IMG/VR virus record: IMGVR_UViG_3300032007_000008
Origin: a virus
Taxonomy: Duplodnaviria; Heunggongvirae; Uroviricota; Caudoviricetes
DNA: 64,000 nucleotides
Strand: one strand, 5' to 3'
In this document: one piece after another, positions 38,039 through 46,526 of the stretch
How positions within the stretch are numbered: the stretch's first letter is position 1
Layout: the number at the start of each line of letters is the position of its first letter
The notes under the pieces: generated by a model
What the model saw: only the letters and a program-made list of their open reading frames with translations
The model's database searches: none
What the model was told of the DNA's origin: nothing
Translations under genes and position numbers: made by a program

Positions 38039-39183
38039 ACGTTCTGTTCGTTCAGTTTGCAAATTCCATGTTCCCCCGTTTTGAGGTATCTGACGGATAT
38101 TGGGACGATTTCTATTCCACATATTCCGATTTTGGATATAATAGGATGGTTGACGCATTTGAAATACCAAAATGGATTGCTGAGGTGTGCTATTTCCTTC
38201 CAAAGGACTGTAAAAGAAAAATATGTTGGGTTCACCATTCTACTGACGAGGCTGTGAACGAAATCAGAAATGGAAATTACGACTTTGTTTTGTTTTCCGT
38301 TATGACCTGCACAAAATCGTTCACGAATGATATCATAAGCAGATGTCCGTCACAACTTTTTCTTATTGGTGGATATGATTCTTGGATTAAAGAAGCTGAG
38401 ATAAACTACATAAATGTAATGTGTGCAGATGACATGTGCTCAACTGCACGGAAGATGGGATTGGAGTATCGATTTGGGACTGATTATTCTCTTTTTGATG
38501 GATGGACGGTTCTCCCAAGACTTACTCTTTCATATGGGTGCATGAACAACTGCAAGTTTTGCATAATACCACATGTAATGTCATCTGTGCCTGAGGATGT
38601 TATAATGCAGCAAGTCGAGTCGTTCAAGCCACTAAAGTTCAAGCTGATATACATAGATGATAAGACTTTTGGACAGGCCGACAATTACATGATACTCAAA
38701 AGACTTAAGCAGGAAATACTGAAATATAATACGGAGTTCAGGGGATTCGTAGTACAGACGACAACAGGCATGCTTGCATCAAAATCTAAAATTTTTAAGG
38801 ATATTGGGGTTGTGGTTGCCGAAATAGGAGTGGAGACGTTCAATAATGAGATACTTGCAGCATACAGAAAGCCGTCTTCCGAAAAGATGGTTATAAAATC
38901 AATTTCTGCCGCAGTTGAAAACGGAATAAAGGTCATACCAAACATAATAGTTGGATTTCCAGAAGAAACAGACGATACTTACGCTAGGACTGAACGATTT
39001 TTGACTGAGAATGCCGACTCTCTTTTTGGAGTGAATTTTGCCATGTATACGGATTATTCATCTCCAGATTGCGTTGGAGAGGTCGATTTCGCAGCAAGCG
39101 ACAAAATAGAGCTTCACAGAAAATATTGGAAAAGACTAAATAGTCTAGCTTCTCAAAAAATCTTGAAAAAGACTATTGCATAA
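38035..39183 (+). CDS. radical SAM enzyme with degenerate B12-binding-like N-terminus
   Basis: GCMNNCKFC (CxxxCxxC), IGG, IGVET and IIVGFPEET. Confidence 0.85.
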   Translation: MNVLFVQFANSMFPRFEVSDGYWDDFYSTYSDFGYNRMVDAFEIPKWIAEVCYFLPKDCKRKICWVHHSTDEAVNEIRNGNYDFVLFSVMTCTKSFTNDIISRCPSQLFLIGGYDSWIKEAEINYINVMCADDMCSTARKMGLEYRFGTDYSLFDGWTVLPRLTLSYGCMNNCKFCIIPHVMSSVPEDVIMQQVESFKPLKFKLIYIDDKTFGQADNYMILKRLKQEILKYNTEFRGFVVQTTTGMLASKSKIFKDIGVVVAEIGVETFNNEILAAYRKPSSEKMVIKSISAAVENGIKVIPNIIVGFPEETDDTYARTERFLTENADSLFGVNFAMYTDYSSPDCVGEVDFAASDKIELHRKYWKRLNSLASQKILKKTIA

Positions 39184-39263
39184 ATTCGACGTTTATGCTA
39201 TAATGGGCGGCGTTGGATGAAAAAGTTTCTCCGACATGTTCTTTGACATTTTATGGCTGATTT
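39176..39263 (+). promoter_or_regulatory. third rrn-like promoter/leader with boxA
   Basis: TTGCAT...TGCTATAAT-GGGCGGCG; hairpin; TGTTCTTTGACAT; GGCTGATTT pairs with AAATCAGCC at 39564-39572. Confidence 0.7.
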
Positions 39264-39266
39264 AGT

Positions 39267-39438
39267 TAGATGGTTACAGCAAAATACTATACTCAAACCA
39301 TGAGACTAGTTATTCGACGTTCGGCTAGGGGTGTGAGTCCCCTTGCTTTGGAGAACGGCGGTGATACTTGTAGGCTGCTGCACAATGCAACCTTCCGGTT
39401 TCGATTGCCTCAATCTTCCGTAAAAAGCCGCCATCTTG
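39267..39438 (+). ncRNA. CAGCAA-scaffold RNA, long subtype with GTA anticodon-like hairpin
   Basis: AGATGG-tta-CAGCAA...GTTTCGATTGC...CTT-ccGTAaa-AAG...CCATCT-TG. Confidence 0.65.
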
Positions 39439-39483
39439 CCGGGCTGCCCCGGACTAAGGCGTAGGGCAACGCCACTTCATTTT

Positions 39484-39551
39484 TAGACGCTTGCAGCAAT
39501 TCCTTTTTCTAACTGAACTGCTAATTCACAACTAGAGAAAAAGGCGTCTTG
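39484..39551 (+). ncRNA. CAGCAA-scaffold RNA with isolated anticodon arm (GCT)
   Basis: AGACGC-ttg-CAGCAA; CTTTTTCT/AGAAAAAG stem; TGAA-ctGCTaa-TTCA; GCGTCT-TG. Confidence 0.75.
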
Positions 39552-39577
39552 AAACTATAGTAAAAATCAGCCGAGAA

Positions 39578-39655
39578 GCCTCAGTAGGCAAACTGGCTAC
39601 AGCCGTCGCCCTTTCACGGCGAAGTTTGCGGGTTCGAGCCCCGCCTGAGGTGCCA
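39578..39655 (+). tRNA. tRNA-Glu(TTC)
   Basis: ctTTCac, GCCA end. Confidence 0.88.
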
Positions 39656-39659
39656 AATA

Positions 39660-39736
39660 CGGAATGTCGCACAGCCTGGTAGTGCATCTGCTTTGGGAGC
39701 AGACCGTCGGGGGTTCAAATCCCTCCATTCCGACCA
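39660..39736 (+). tRNA. tRNA-Pro(TGG)
   Basis: ttTGGga, C1-G72, ACCA end. Confidence 0.92.
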
Positions 39737-39746
39737 AAGACCATAT

Positions 39747-39830
39747 ACATGTGTGAGCCGAATGGTAAGGCAGCGGACTGTTAATCCGTGGCGAAAGCAA
39801 CTGCTGGTTCGAGTCCAGCCACATGTGCCA
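39747..39830 (+). tRNA. tRNA-Asn(GTT) with long variable arm
   Basis: ctGTTaa; GCGAAAGC variable arm; GCCA end. Confidence 0.85.
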
Positions 39831-39898
39831 CCTTGGAACTTTTATAGTTCCCAGAATAGCAAAAATGTGCTATAATGGTCGCAGATAAAGGAGACAAT

Positions 39899-41200
39899 AT
39901 GAATTGCGATTCATGCAATAACTTCTGCACAGACCTTTGCACAGGATGCAAACAAATCGTGAATGGTAATATAACATTTACGAATTATTCCGACGATTCG
40001 ACTCCTATAGAGAAGACAACCGTCTGTGACAGCAAACCGGCCGAAAAAACGGTTCAGTCCAACGAACCTGATATGGAAAAGCAGACTGTTTCCGGTGTCG
40101 TAAAACAACCGAAGCAGAAGAAGCAGAAGTCGTCAGCGGCAATACCGAAGACTATTTCAAAAAGCGAGCCTATAAGCTCTGACGAATTTGGCCTTGATGA
40201 CGACAATGATTTCCAAATTCCGTCAATAGAGCAGCAACCGAAGGCGCCTGTGAGTTTTGCAGAGGCTTGGAAGCCTGTAGATAACAAAAGCGGTGTCTCG
40301 AAAGAGAACAGCTCCTCCAATTCAATTGATGGTGCAGAAACGGCAGAACAGCCGGAAGAGCCTAAGAAACTTGAGTATGTGTTTTCCAATGGAACAATTT
40401 TCAATGAAAGCTGCACCGATACCATGGAAAAACACATCGACAAGAATACGATTGACATCGTTCTTACGTCGCCGCCATACTGCACGTCGAATCGGGCAGG
40501 GAAAAAGTCAACGGCAACGTTGAAGACGGAAACCCACTCCAATCCAAAATATTACCCGTCCCTCAGGTATGACATGTACAATGACAACCTCAGTGTCGAA
40601 GAGTATATAGAGTGGTCTATAAAGCTGTTCAAGCTTTTTGACAGGATTCTCAAGAAGGATGGTTGCATTCTTTACAATATTTCATATTCATCGACAAGAC
40701 GCGACATGCTTTTCCTTACGGTTGCGGCTATTCTCGAACACACCAATTTTTCGCTCGCGGATATGATTGGATGGAAGAAAAAATCCGCTTTGCCGAACAA
40801 TACGTCTCCGAATAAGCTTACTCGAATATTCGAACCGGTATTTGTGTTTGCGCGAAAGAACGAGATTGAAACTTTCGTATGCAATAAGAAAGTGGTCTCT
40901 GTGAGAGAAAAGACCGGACAGAAGATGTATGAGAACGTGTTTAATTTCATAGACGCTGCGAACAATGACGGCGCATGCAAGTTGAACAAAGCGACGTATT
41001 CGTCTGAACTTTGCGAGAAACTCCTCGCAATCTACGGGAAGTCTGGCATGAACATATACGACCCGTTTATGGGAACTGGTACGACAGCTGTAGCATGCAA
41101 GCGTTTGGGGATGACGTGCTATGGAAGCGAAATATCAAAAGACCAGTGTGCATACGCAATAAATAGGATAGAAAATGATTCTGGCGAAACTTGCCTGTAG
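39899..41200 (+). CDS. beta-class N4C/N6A DNA methyltransferase with Cys-rich and disordered N-terminal extension
   Basis: TSPPY precedes DPFMGTGTT; N-terminal CDSC...C..C. Confidence 0.88.
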   Translation: MNCDSCNNFCTDLCTGCKQIVNGNITFTNYSDDSTPIEKTTVCDSKPAEKTVQSNEPDMEKQTVSGVVKQPKQKKQKSSAAIPKTISKSEPISSDEFGLDDDNDFQIPSIEQQPKAPVSFAEAWKPVDNKSGVSKENSSSNSIDGAETAEQPEEPKKLEYVFSNGTIFNESCTDTMEKHIDKNTIDIVLTSPPYCTSNRAGKKSTATLKTETHSNPKYYPSLRYDMYNDNLSVEEYIEWSIKLFKLFDRILKKDGCILYNISYSSTRRDMLFLTVAAILEHTNFSLADMIGWKKKSALPNNTSPNKLTRIFEPVFVFARKNEIETFVCNKKVVSVREKTGQKMYENVFNFIDAANNDGACKLNKATYSSELCEKLLAIYGKSGMNIYDPFMGTGTTAVACKRLGMTCYGSEISKDQCAYAINRIENDSGETCL

Positions 41201-41213
41201 CTAGGAATGCGAA

Positions 41214-41522
41214 ATGGACGATAAAGATAGAGAGAACCTGAAGAAAATGAATGACGTGTTCTTCACGTCTGCGACACAGATGGGGAGAACAATTAGCGGA
41301 AACCTGACCCACATGAAGCTGCTTGGGCTTCTTTTCATAGGTCTTAAGTTGTCAGGCATAATCAACTGGAGCTGGATTTTGGTGCTTCTTCCATATGCAC
41401 TATCGTTTATTGGAAGCATCGTTTCAATATACTCCATGGTTGCCGTTTTCGCGATGATGAGCCGTTTCAGCAAACTTGTATCGTCAAAGATTTCGGATAA
41501 AAGAGTACCGATAAACGAATAG
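41214..41522 (+). CDS. small membrane protein
   Basis: LLFIGLKLSGIINWSWILVLLP hydrophobic motif. Confidence 0.7.
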   Translation: MDDKDRENLKKMNDVFFTSATQMGRTISGNLTHMKLLGLLFIGLKLSGIINWSWILVLLPYALSFIGSIVSIYSMVAVFAMMSRFSKLVSSKISDKRVPINE

Positions 41523-41587
41523 ATAAAATAAACCGTTGCGGTATTTTCATCTTTGTGGTATAATGTCTGCCACAAAGGAGAAATACT

Positions 41588-42241
41588 ATGTCTAAGATTT
41601 ATTTTACAGCAGATTACCATTTCGGCCATCCGAACATTCTAAAGTACTGCAACAGACCATTCAAGAGTGCTGACAGGATGGCCGAAGTCCTCATAAAGTT
41701 CGCAAACCAGAGGGCAAAGGGATATTTCGAAGAGCGAATCGTCGATGCCGTCACAGCCGATGGAGAGCCTGTCAAAATCAAGACGAAGGTCAAGGTTGAT
41801 TCTGATGTTCTCATCCATGTTGGCGATTTTGCATGCTATGGCGGAGAACGGGGCGTTGACGGCTCGAAGAAGAATCCGAGGGAATACCTTGCTAAGTTTG
41901 ACGCGAGAGTAATCTGTCTTGAGGGAAACCATGACCGAAACAACAAGGTAAAGAACCCTGCAAGGTCAATGGTCATGGACGTATGCTCGTTTCGGGATGT
42001 GACAGTAGGCCATTATCCCACAAACTATCGAGAAGCGCGAGGAACGTTCCATTCCCATCGAGGACGTTCTCTCGGTCTGCATATATGCGGCCACGTCCAC
42101 AAGTCGTGGAAGCATTTTTACGACAAGGAACACAACATTCTCAATATCAATGTCGGTTGCGACGTTTGGAACTACCAGGTCGTTTCAGAACAGGAGATAA
42201 TCGAGTATGTTGGAAAGGTGCGCAAGGAGCTTTCAATTTGA
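41588..42241 (+). CDS. calcineurin-like metallophosphoesterase
   Basis: DYHFGH, GDFA, GNHD and GHVH. Confidence 0.9.
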   Translation: MSKIYFTADYHFGHPNILKYCNRPFKSADRMAEVLIKFANQRAKGYFEERIVDAVTADGEPVKIKTKVKVDSDVLIHVGDFACYGGERGVDGSKKNPREYLAKFDARVICLEGNHDRNNKVKNPARSMVMDVCSFRDVTVGHYPTNYREARGTFHSHRGRSLGLHICGHVHKSWKHFYDKEHNILNINVGCDVWNYQVVSEQEIIEYVGKVRKELSI

Positions 42242-42263
42242 GAAGCCCTTGCTGCACTAAATA

Positions 42264-43058
42264 ATGAAAAACGAGATTTTTTCGATGATTAATACAATAA
42301 ACATATTCGATAGAAACAGGATAAAGAAAGCTTACGGAAATCTGTATAAGGGACTTAGAACCGTAAACGAATCTGTTGACCTAGAAAAGGAATATGTAGA
42401 TGCAGGAGGAGACGCTGACGATTTCGACATACCACAGCGTCCGCCAGATAATAGCGAGATATTCGAGGAATGGTGTGATTTTCTGAGAGACGAAGGATAC
42501 GAATCCAAAGATGGAAGCGTAAGTGCAATATTCGACAGCATGTCAATAATGATGCGCTACAACGAAAAGACAAACCAGTTCGACTATTCTCTATCTCTTC
42601 TGTCTAGCGACGGAACTCCTTTTAGAACAATAGAGGGTTCCATTGACTATGACAAGAATTCAGACCTAAGCACGAATCTAAACACTGCGATTGACGAGAT
42701 ATCCGACAAGGGGGAAGCTGCGAAGAAAGGCGAGATTTCTGAGGGATTTACCGACGACAACGACATAGCAGATTACATGTTTCCAGGATTTTCACAAATC
42801 ACAGGAAGAAATCCGAACATGGATGACTATTCGTTCTATTTTTGGAACGAACTTAGGATTGGAATGAGAAACAACGGAATTACGGAAAGAGAGAAACAAG
42901 ACGAGATTATACGGCAGAACGCCGATGTGCTTAAGAAGATTTCCGATATGGCATCCGAGCTTGAGACTGAGTTCAAGATGAAGCTTTCCTCGCTTGAAGA
43001 GGAGTTTGAAGAGAAGCGTCTGCATCTGGTGTCGGAAGCAGAACATCTTCTCAGATAG
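42264..43058 (+). CDS. late protein with RxxIxxAY N-terminal motif
   Basis: CTAAATA immediately upstream; RNRIKKAYGNLY...VNES. Confidence 0.65.
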   Translation: MKNEIFSMINTINIFDRNRIKKAYGNLYKGLRTVNESVDLEKEYVDAGGDADDFDIPQRPPDNSEIFEEWCDFLRDEGYESKDGSVSAIFDSMSIMMRYNEKTNQFDYSLSLLSSDGTPFRTIEGSIDYDKNSDLSTNLNTAIDEISDKGEAAKKGEISEGFTDDNDIADYMFPGFSQITGRNPNMDDYSFYFWNELRIGMRNNGITEREKQDEIIRQNADVLKKISDMASELETEFKMKLSSLEEEFEEKRLHLVSEAEHLLR

Positions 43059-43094
43059 TTTTCACAACCATAGGATAAAAACAACAGTACATTG

Positions 43095-43117
43095 AAGACC
43101 CCCTTCGGGGGGTCTTT
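43095..43117 (+). terminator. intrinsic terminator
   Basis: AAGACCCCC-TTCG-GGGGGTCTTT. Confidence 0.8.
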
Positions 43118-43140
43118 CTCTATTATGGAGGAAAAAAAAG

Positions 43141-43401
43141 ATGAACGAAGCAACTAAGATAGAAAAATACTACAACCACGAAAAGCTTCTGACGGCCATC
43201 TTCAAGATGGAGCAGATGCATGGGCTTTCGGTTGACGAAAGGGTCGATGAAAAGATGAGGATATGCGCCAAGCAGCTATGTCAGCATTATAGGCGTCTGG
43301 CAATATGCATATTGACAAAGGAGCTTCCTCAAAAGATAGATGGTGTTGAGCAGATACTGAAGGCTGAGAACATACCAACCATGTTTTCGCAGTATACCTA
43401 A
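43141..43401 (+). CDS. hypothetical protein
   Basis: 86 aa, GGAGG RBS. Confidence 0.6.
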   Translation: MNEATKIEKYYNHEKLLTAIFKMEQMHGLSVDERVDEKMRICAKQLCQHYRRLAICILTKELPQKIDGVEQILKAENIPTMFSQYT

Positions 43402-43435
43402 CCCTAAATAGTGTATATTTACATCATATCAACCG

Positions 43436-44701
43436 ATGCAGTATTCACGAGAGCAAAACACCCGCATGATTGCGGAAGCATATACGAAAATGTATGAAGC
43501 CGAAGTGCCGTCAAAGCACTACGGCTTTTATGTCCTTTCTCCAGACAAGAAGCTTATTGAGGAAAATCCAAGCCTATTCTACAGTACGAAGCGTGGACAG
43601 GATGTTGATATTTCCCAAGAATACTATGAGCCAGAACTTCTTGGAGGAAGGGATTATGACGACGAGGGAAACCCATCTGAGAGGAAATACTTCTATGAAT
43701 GGGATGGTAATGTTGATTATGGCAATCTCGATTCCTCTGTGCCAGAAGAAGCCATGTTCTACATAAACGGCGGCAGCATACTGGTAGTTTATGAATACGA
43801 AAACGGAGTTCAGAAAAACCCACGGTTTTTCAAAGCTCTACAGCGTGGGTGGAGAGAACTTTCGGACGACGGAACAAATACCCTCATGGTGAAGCTTTCG
43901 TGGTTCAAGAATGGCAAATCGATGTCGTGGGACGAGATATCATCGTTTATAGACGATTCTCAGAAAGTCGCAAAGCAGTATGAGCAGCTAAAGAAAGAGA
44001 ATCTTGTCACCGACGGAACAAGACCAAATGGCTCCGTGGCTATTCGAGTAGGCGGAAAAGACGAAATATGGAAGTCTCCGATAGCTGCGATAAAATACTA
44101 TAAGTTTGCGGCATCGGAAACCGACGGTTCGGAATCGCAACGCTACAGCAAAATAGCATATAGACTTCAAAACGGAGAAACGGAAGTTTCGGACGACACA
44201 TCCGTGGTTCAGGAAAGCGATTGGACGAACACCATGCCTGACCAGAATCCGGATGGATACGCTTTTGGAGTAATGCCATATTTCATAAAATACGAAGATG
44301 GCGGATTCGTCCCCTATCACCTTTCAAGCAGAAAGTTCGTGGAAAATGACAAGGAGATAATGGTTATAGAGCTTAAGGACTATCTTGTGTCCATAACGAA
44401 TGCGATAGCTTCGAGAAATCATTCTGTTCCTTTCAACGTTTCCGCAGAAAAGACGGATAACGGACTTCTTGTCCTTGACGGTGACGAGGTGAGAATCGCT
44501 CAGATGTTCAACCATTGCATTTTGGTTTCGCTTGACGGTAATCCAGACGGAAATTCAAAGTTGTCCGATTCTGAATCGAAGTCATATGTTGTTCTTGGGG
44601 TGAATTCTCCAGACGACGAAAGCAGCATAATGGAAATACTACAGTCGGTTGTGGACAGCTGCGATGGCATGGATGGCTTTACGAACGGTTATTCGAAATA
44701 G
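43436..44701 (+). CDS. multidomain late protein with RxIAEAY N-terminal motif
   Basis: CTAAATAG at 43404; NTRMIAEAYTKMYEAE; internal VQES. Confidence 0.7.
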   Translation: MQYSREQNTRMIAEAYTKMYEAEVPSKHYGFYVLSPDKKLIEENPSLFYSTKRGQDVDISQEYYEPELLGGRDYDDEGNPSERKYFYEWDGNVDYGNLDSSVPEEAMFYINGGSILVVYEYENGVQKNPRFFKALQRGWRELSDDGTNTLMVKLSWFKNGKSMSWDEISSFIDDSQKVAKQYEQLKKENLVTDGTRPNGSVAIRVGGKDEIWKSPIAAIKYYKFAASETDGSESQRYSKIAYRLQNGETEVSDDTSVVQESDWTNTMPDQNPDGYAFGVMPYFIKYEDGGFVPYHLSSRKFVENDKEIMVIELKDYLVSITNAIASRNHSVPFNVSAEKTDNGLLVLDGDEVRIAQMFNHCILVSLDGNPDGNSKLSDSESKSYVVLGVNSPDDESSIMEILQSVVDSCDGMDGFTNGYSK

Positions 44702-44722
44702 CATTGGTATTTTAGAATAATG

Positions 44723-44750
44723 AAAGGGGGCTATTTTAGCCCCCTTTTTT
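44723..44750 (+). terminator. intrinsic terminator
   Basis: AAAGGGGGCTA-ttt-TAGCCCCCTTTTTT. Confidence 0.75.
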
Positions 44751-44788
44751 CTATTCCCAAAATATCGCAAATATGATATTATATTTCC

Positions 44789-45085
44789 ATGGAAAAGAAA
44801 AATGAAAACAGAATGGCAAAAGCTGTCGAAAAGATAGAATCTGCCAATTTCAAGTTGGGAAAGGCAGCAAGGCTGGTGGGGCAGGCGCTTGAACTGTTTC
44901 AAAACGGATGTTCCGAGATGGAATGGGACGACATGATTACCATCGACATCGAAAGCGCATTGGCCAAACTTGGATACATCAACGGACAGTGCATGGAGTA
45001 TCTCCATGAATGCAAGCTGGAGCTTGAGGGAAAGCTTGATTCCGACGGAAGATGTGACCCAAAATATTCCATAGATGCGTTATAA
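44789..45085 (+). CDS. hypothetical protein
   Basis: 98-aa ORF. Confidence 0.55.
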   Translation: MEKKNENRMAKAVEKIESANFKLGKAARLVGQALELFQNGCSEMEWDDMITIDIESALAKLGYINGQCMEYLHECKLELEGKLDSDGRCDPKYSIDAL

Positions 45086-45119
45086 ACACTAAATAGTTCA
45101 AAATGCACGAGTGTTAACT

Positions 45120-45806
45120 ATGATAAATTCAATCAACAATTTTGAACGCAGTTCTATAAAAAAGGCGTATAGAGGAATGTATGATTCGAAAAAGACCCAG
45201 ATAAACGAGTCCGTCGATAACGCAAATGAATGTGGCGGCGTATCTGAAAACGATTCTTCTTCCTTAACAGCCCAGTCCATGGACGATGAAGTTGTGATAT
45301 GGGACAACGGTGGGGAAACATGGGATAGGTATACGGTTACATTTCCAAACTATGGCGGTGAGACCTGGGGAATGGACGAGCACCCCTCTCATCCTCAGGG
45401 ATTTGGAACCTACAGCGGTGATTTTTCTGTAGAGCATCTTGACAGCTGCGAAAAAATAGGAAAGAGGATTTCCTTTGCAGAGCTGCCAGAGGCATGTCAG
45501 AAGTTCGTAAACGGGCTTCTTGAGCAGTTTAAGAATGAAGATGATGAACCGACAGATGAAATTGAAACCCCAGACGGCGGTTCGGTTGACGAGGCCAATA
45601 CGACAAATCTTTTGCCAAAATCCGAAGAGCTTCGCGAAAAGTCAAAAATTCTCGAACAGCAAATTGTAAAGATTGCCGAAATCAGTCAAAATGGCATAGA
45701 GAAGGTTTCGAACAGCGTCGAGCTTCTCGATTATCTTTCAGCCGCTGCCGACTCTTTGCGGAAGACTGCCGATTCTATGGTTGCTGAAATAAGTAAATAT
45801 CGATAA
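45120..45806 (+). CDS. late protein with RxxIxxAY N-terminal motif
   Basis: CTAAATAG at 45089; RSSIKKAYRGMY...INES; WDNGGETWDRYTV domain. Confidence 0.65.
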   Translation: MINSINNFERSSIKKAYRGMYDSKKTQINESVDNANECGGVSENDSSSLTAQSMDDEVVIWDNGGETWDRYTVTFPNYGGETWGMDEHPSHPQGFGTYSGDFSVEHLDSCEKIGKRISFAELPEACQKFVNGLLEQFKNEDDEPTDEIETPDGGSVDEANTTNLLPKSEELREKSKILEQQIVKIAEISQNGIEKVSNSVELLDYLSAAADSLRKTADSMVAEISKYR

Positions 45807-45830
45807 GAGCAATTCGTATTTTTCTTAAGA

Positions 45831-45859
45831 TGGAGGTGTTTTTCAACACCTCCTTTTTT
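45831..45859 (+). terminator. intrinsic terminator
   Basis: GGAGGTGTT-tttc-AACACCTCC-TTTTTT. Confidence 0.8.
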
Positions 45860-45926
45860 GTTATTGCGAAGTTTCGAAAACTGTGTTATAATAGTCGCCA
45901 AATTGAACAACTAACAGGAGCAAACT

Positions 45927-46514
45927 ATGGATAACACAACCTCGTCGTCAAATGCGATTTCCAAGGATACACTCTACGAAATCGAACTCAAGGGTATCGA
46001 CATACCAAACAGCGTAAAGGTGATTCTCGCAAAGGGGGCGCATCTGAACATGTCTGTTCATGGACACCGCCGTTTGGTGGACATGACAAAGAATGAGTTC
46101 AATGTTGTCATGAAGGCGTTCGCAACAAATGACCTTGATTTCCTTAACGAGAATATCGTCGATAAGAACCGCGTTCTGATTCGTCTCGACAAGAACAGCG
46201 GTACATATACGGTCTTCTATTACGACCACTACGACAATGGTTTCGTCTGCAAAAGCAACCTTTCATCCGAAGAGACTGTGAAAGTTCTCATTACGAACGG
46301 TGTTGACCCGAACAGCATTTACGAAGACCCCAAGTCTGGCAAGATGCGATACACCGATGGTACGCCCCAGCCAACGACAACAGTCTGCACATCGTTTGAC
46401 AATTCCGACAAGAGTTACGAAGACAGCAATTTCCACTGCCCCTACATCGATACAAGGGACTTTATCGGCGGAAAATGCTATCGTTGTCCGGTACACTGCA
46501 TGATTGTAGGTTAA
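45927..46514 (+). CDS. hypothetical protein
   Basis: 195 aa, AGGAG RBS, sigma70 promoter at 45865; C-terminal Cys cluster. Confidence 0.65.
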   Translation: MDNTTSSSNAISKDTLYEIELKGIDIPNSVKVILAKGAHLNMSVHGHRRLVDMTKNEFNVVMKAFATNDLDFLNENIVDKNRVLIRLDKNSGTYTVFYYDHYDNGFVCKSNLSSEETVKVLITNGVDPNSIYEDPKSGKMRYTDGTPQPTTTVCTSFDNSDKSYEDSNFHCPYIDTRDFIGGKCYRCPVHCMIVG

Positions 46515-46526
46515 TAGGAGGGTGAA

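Noticed and set aside
27753-39551. CAGCAA elements as a CRISPR array, REP/MITE repeats or terminators
   Set aside because: They are irregularly spaced, stem sequences covary rather than repeat, there are no target duplications or U-tracts, and payloads are tRNA-derived.
27079-39830. Alternative genetic code or suppressor tRNA, as in some large gut phages
   Set aside because: No CTA/TTA/TCA-anticodon tRNA was found, and long genes are intact in code 11 with TAG, TGA and TAA all used as stops.
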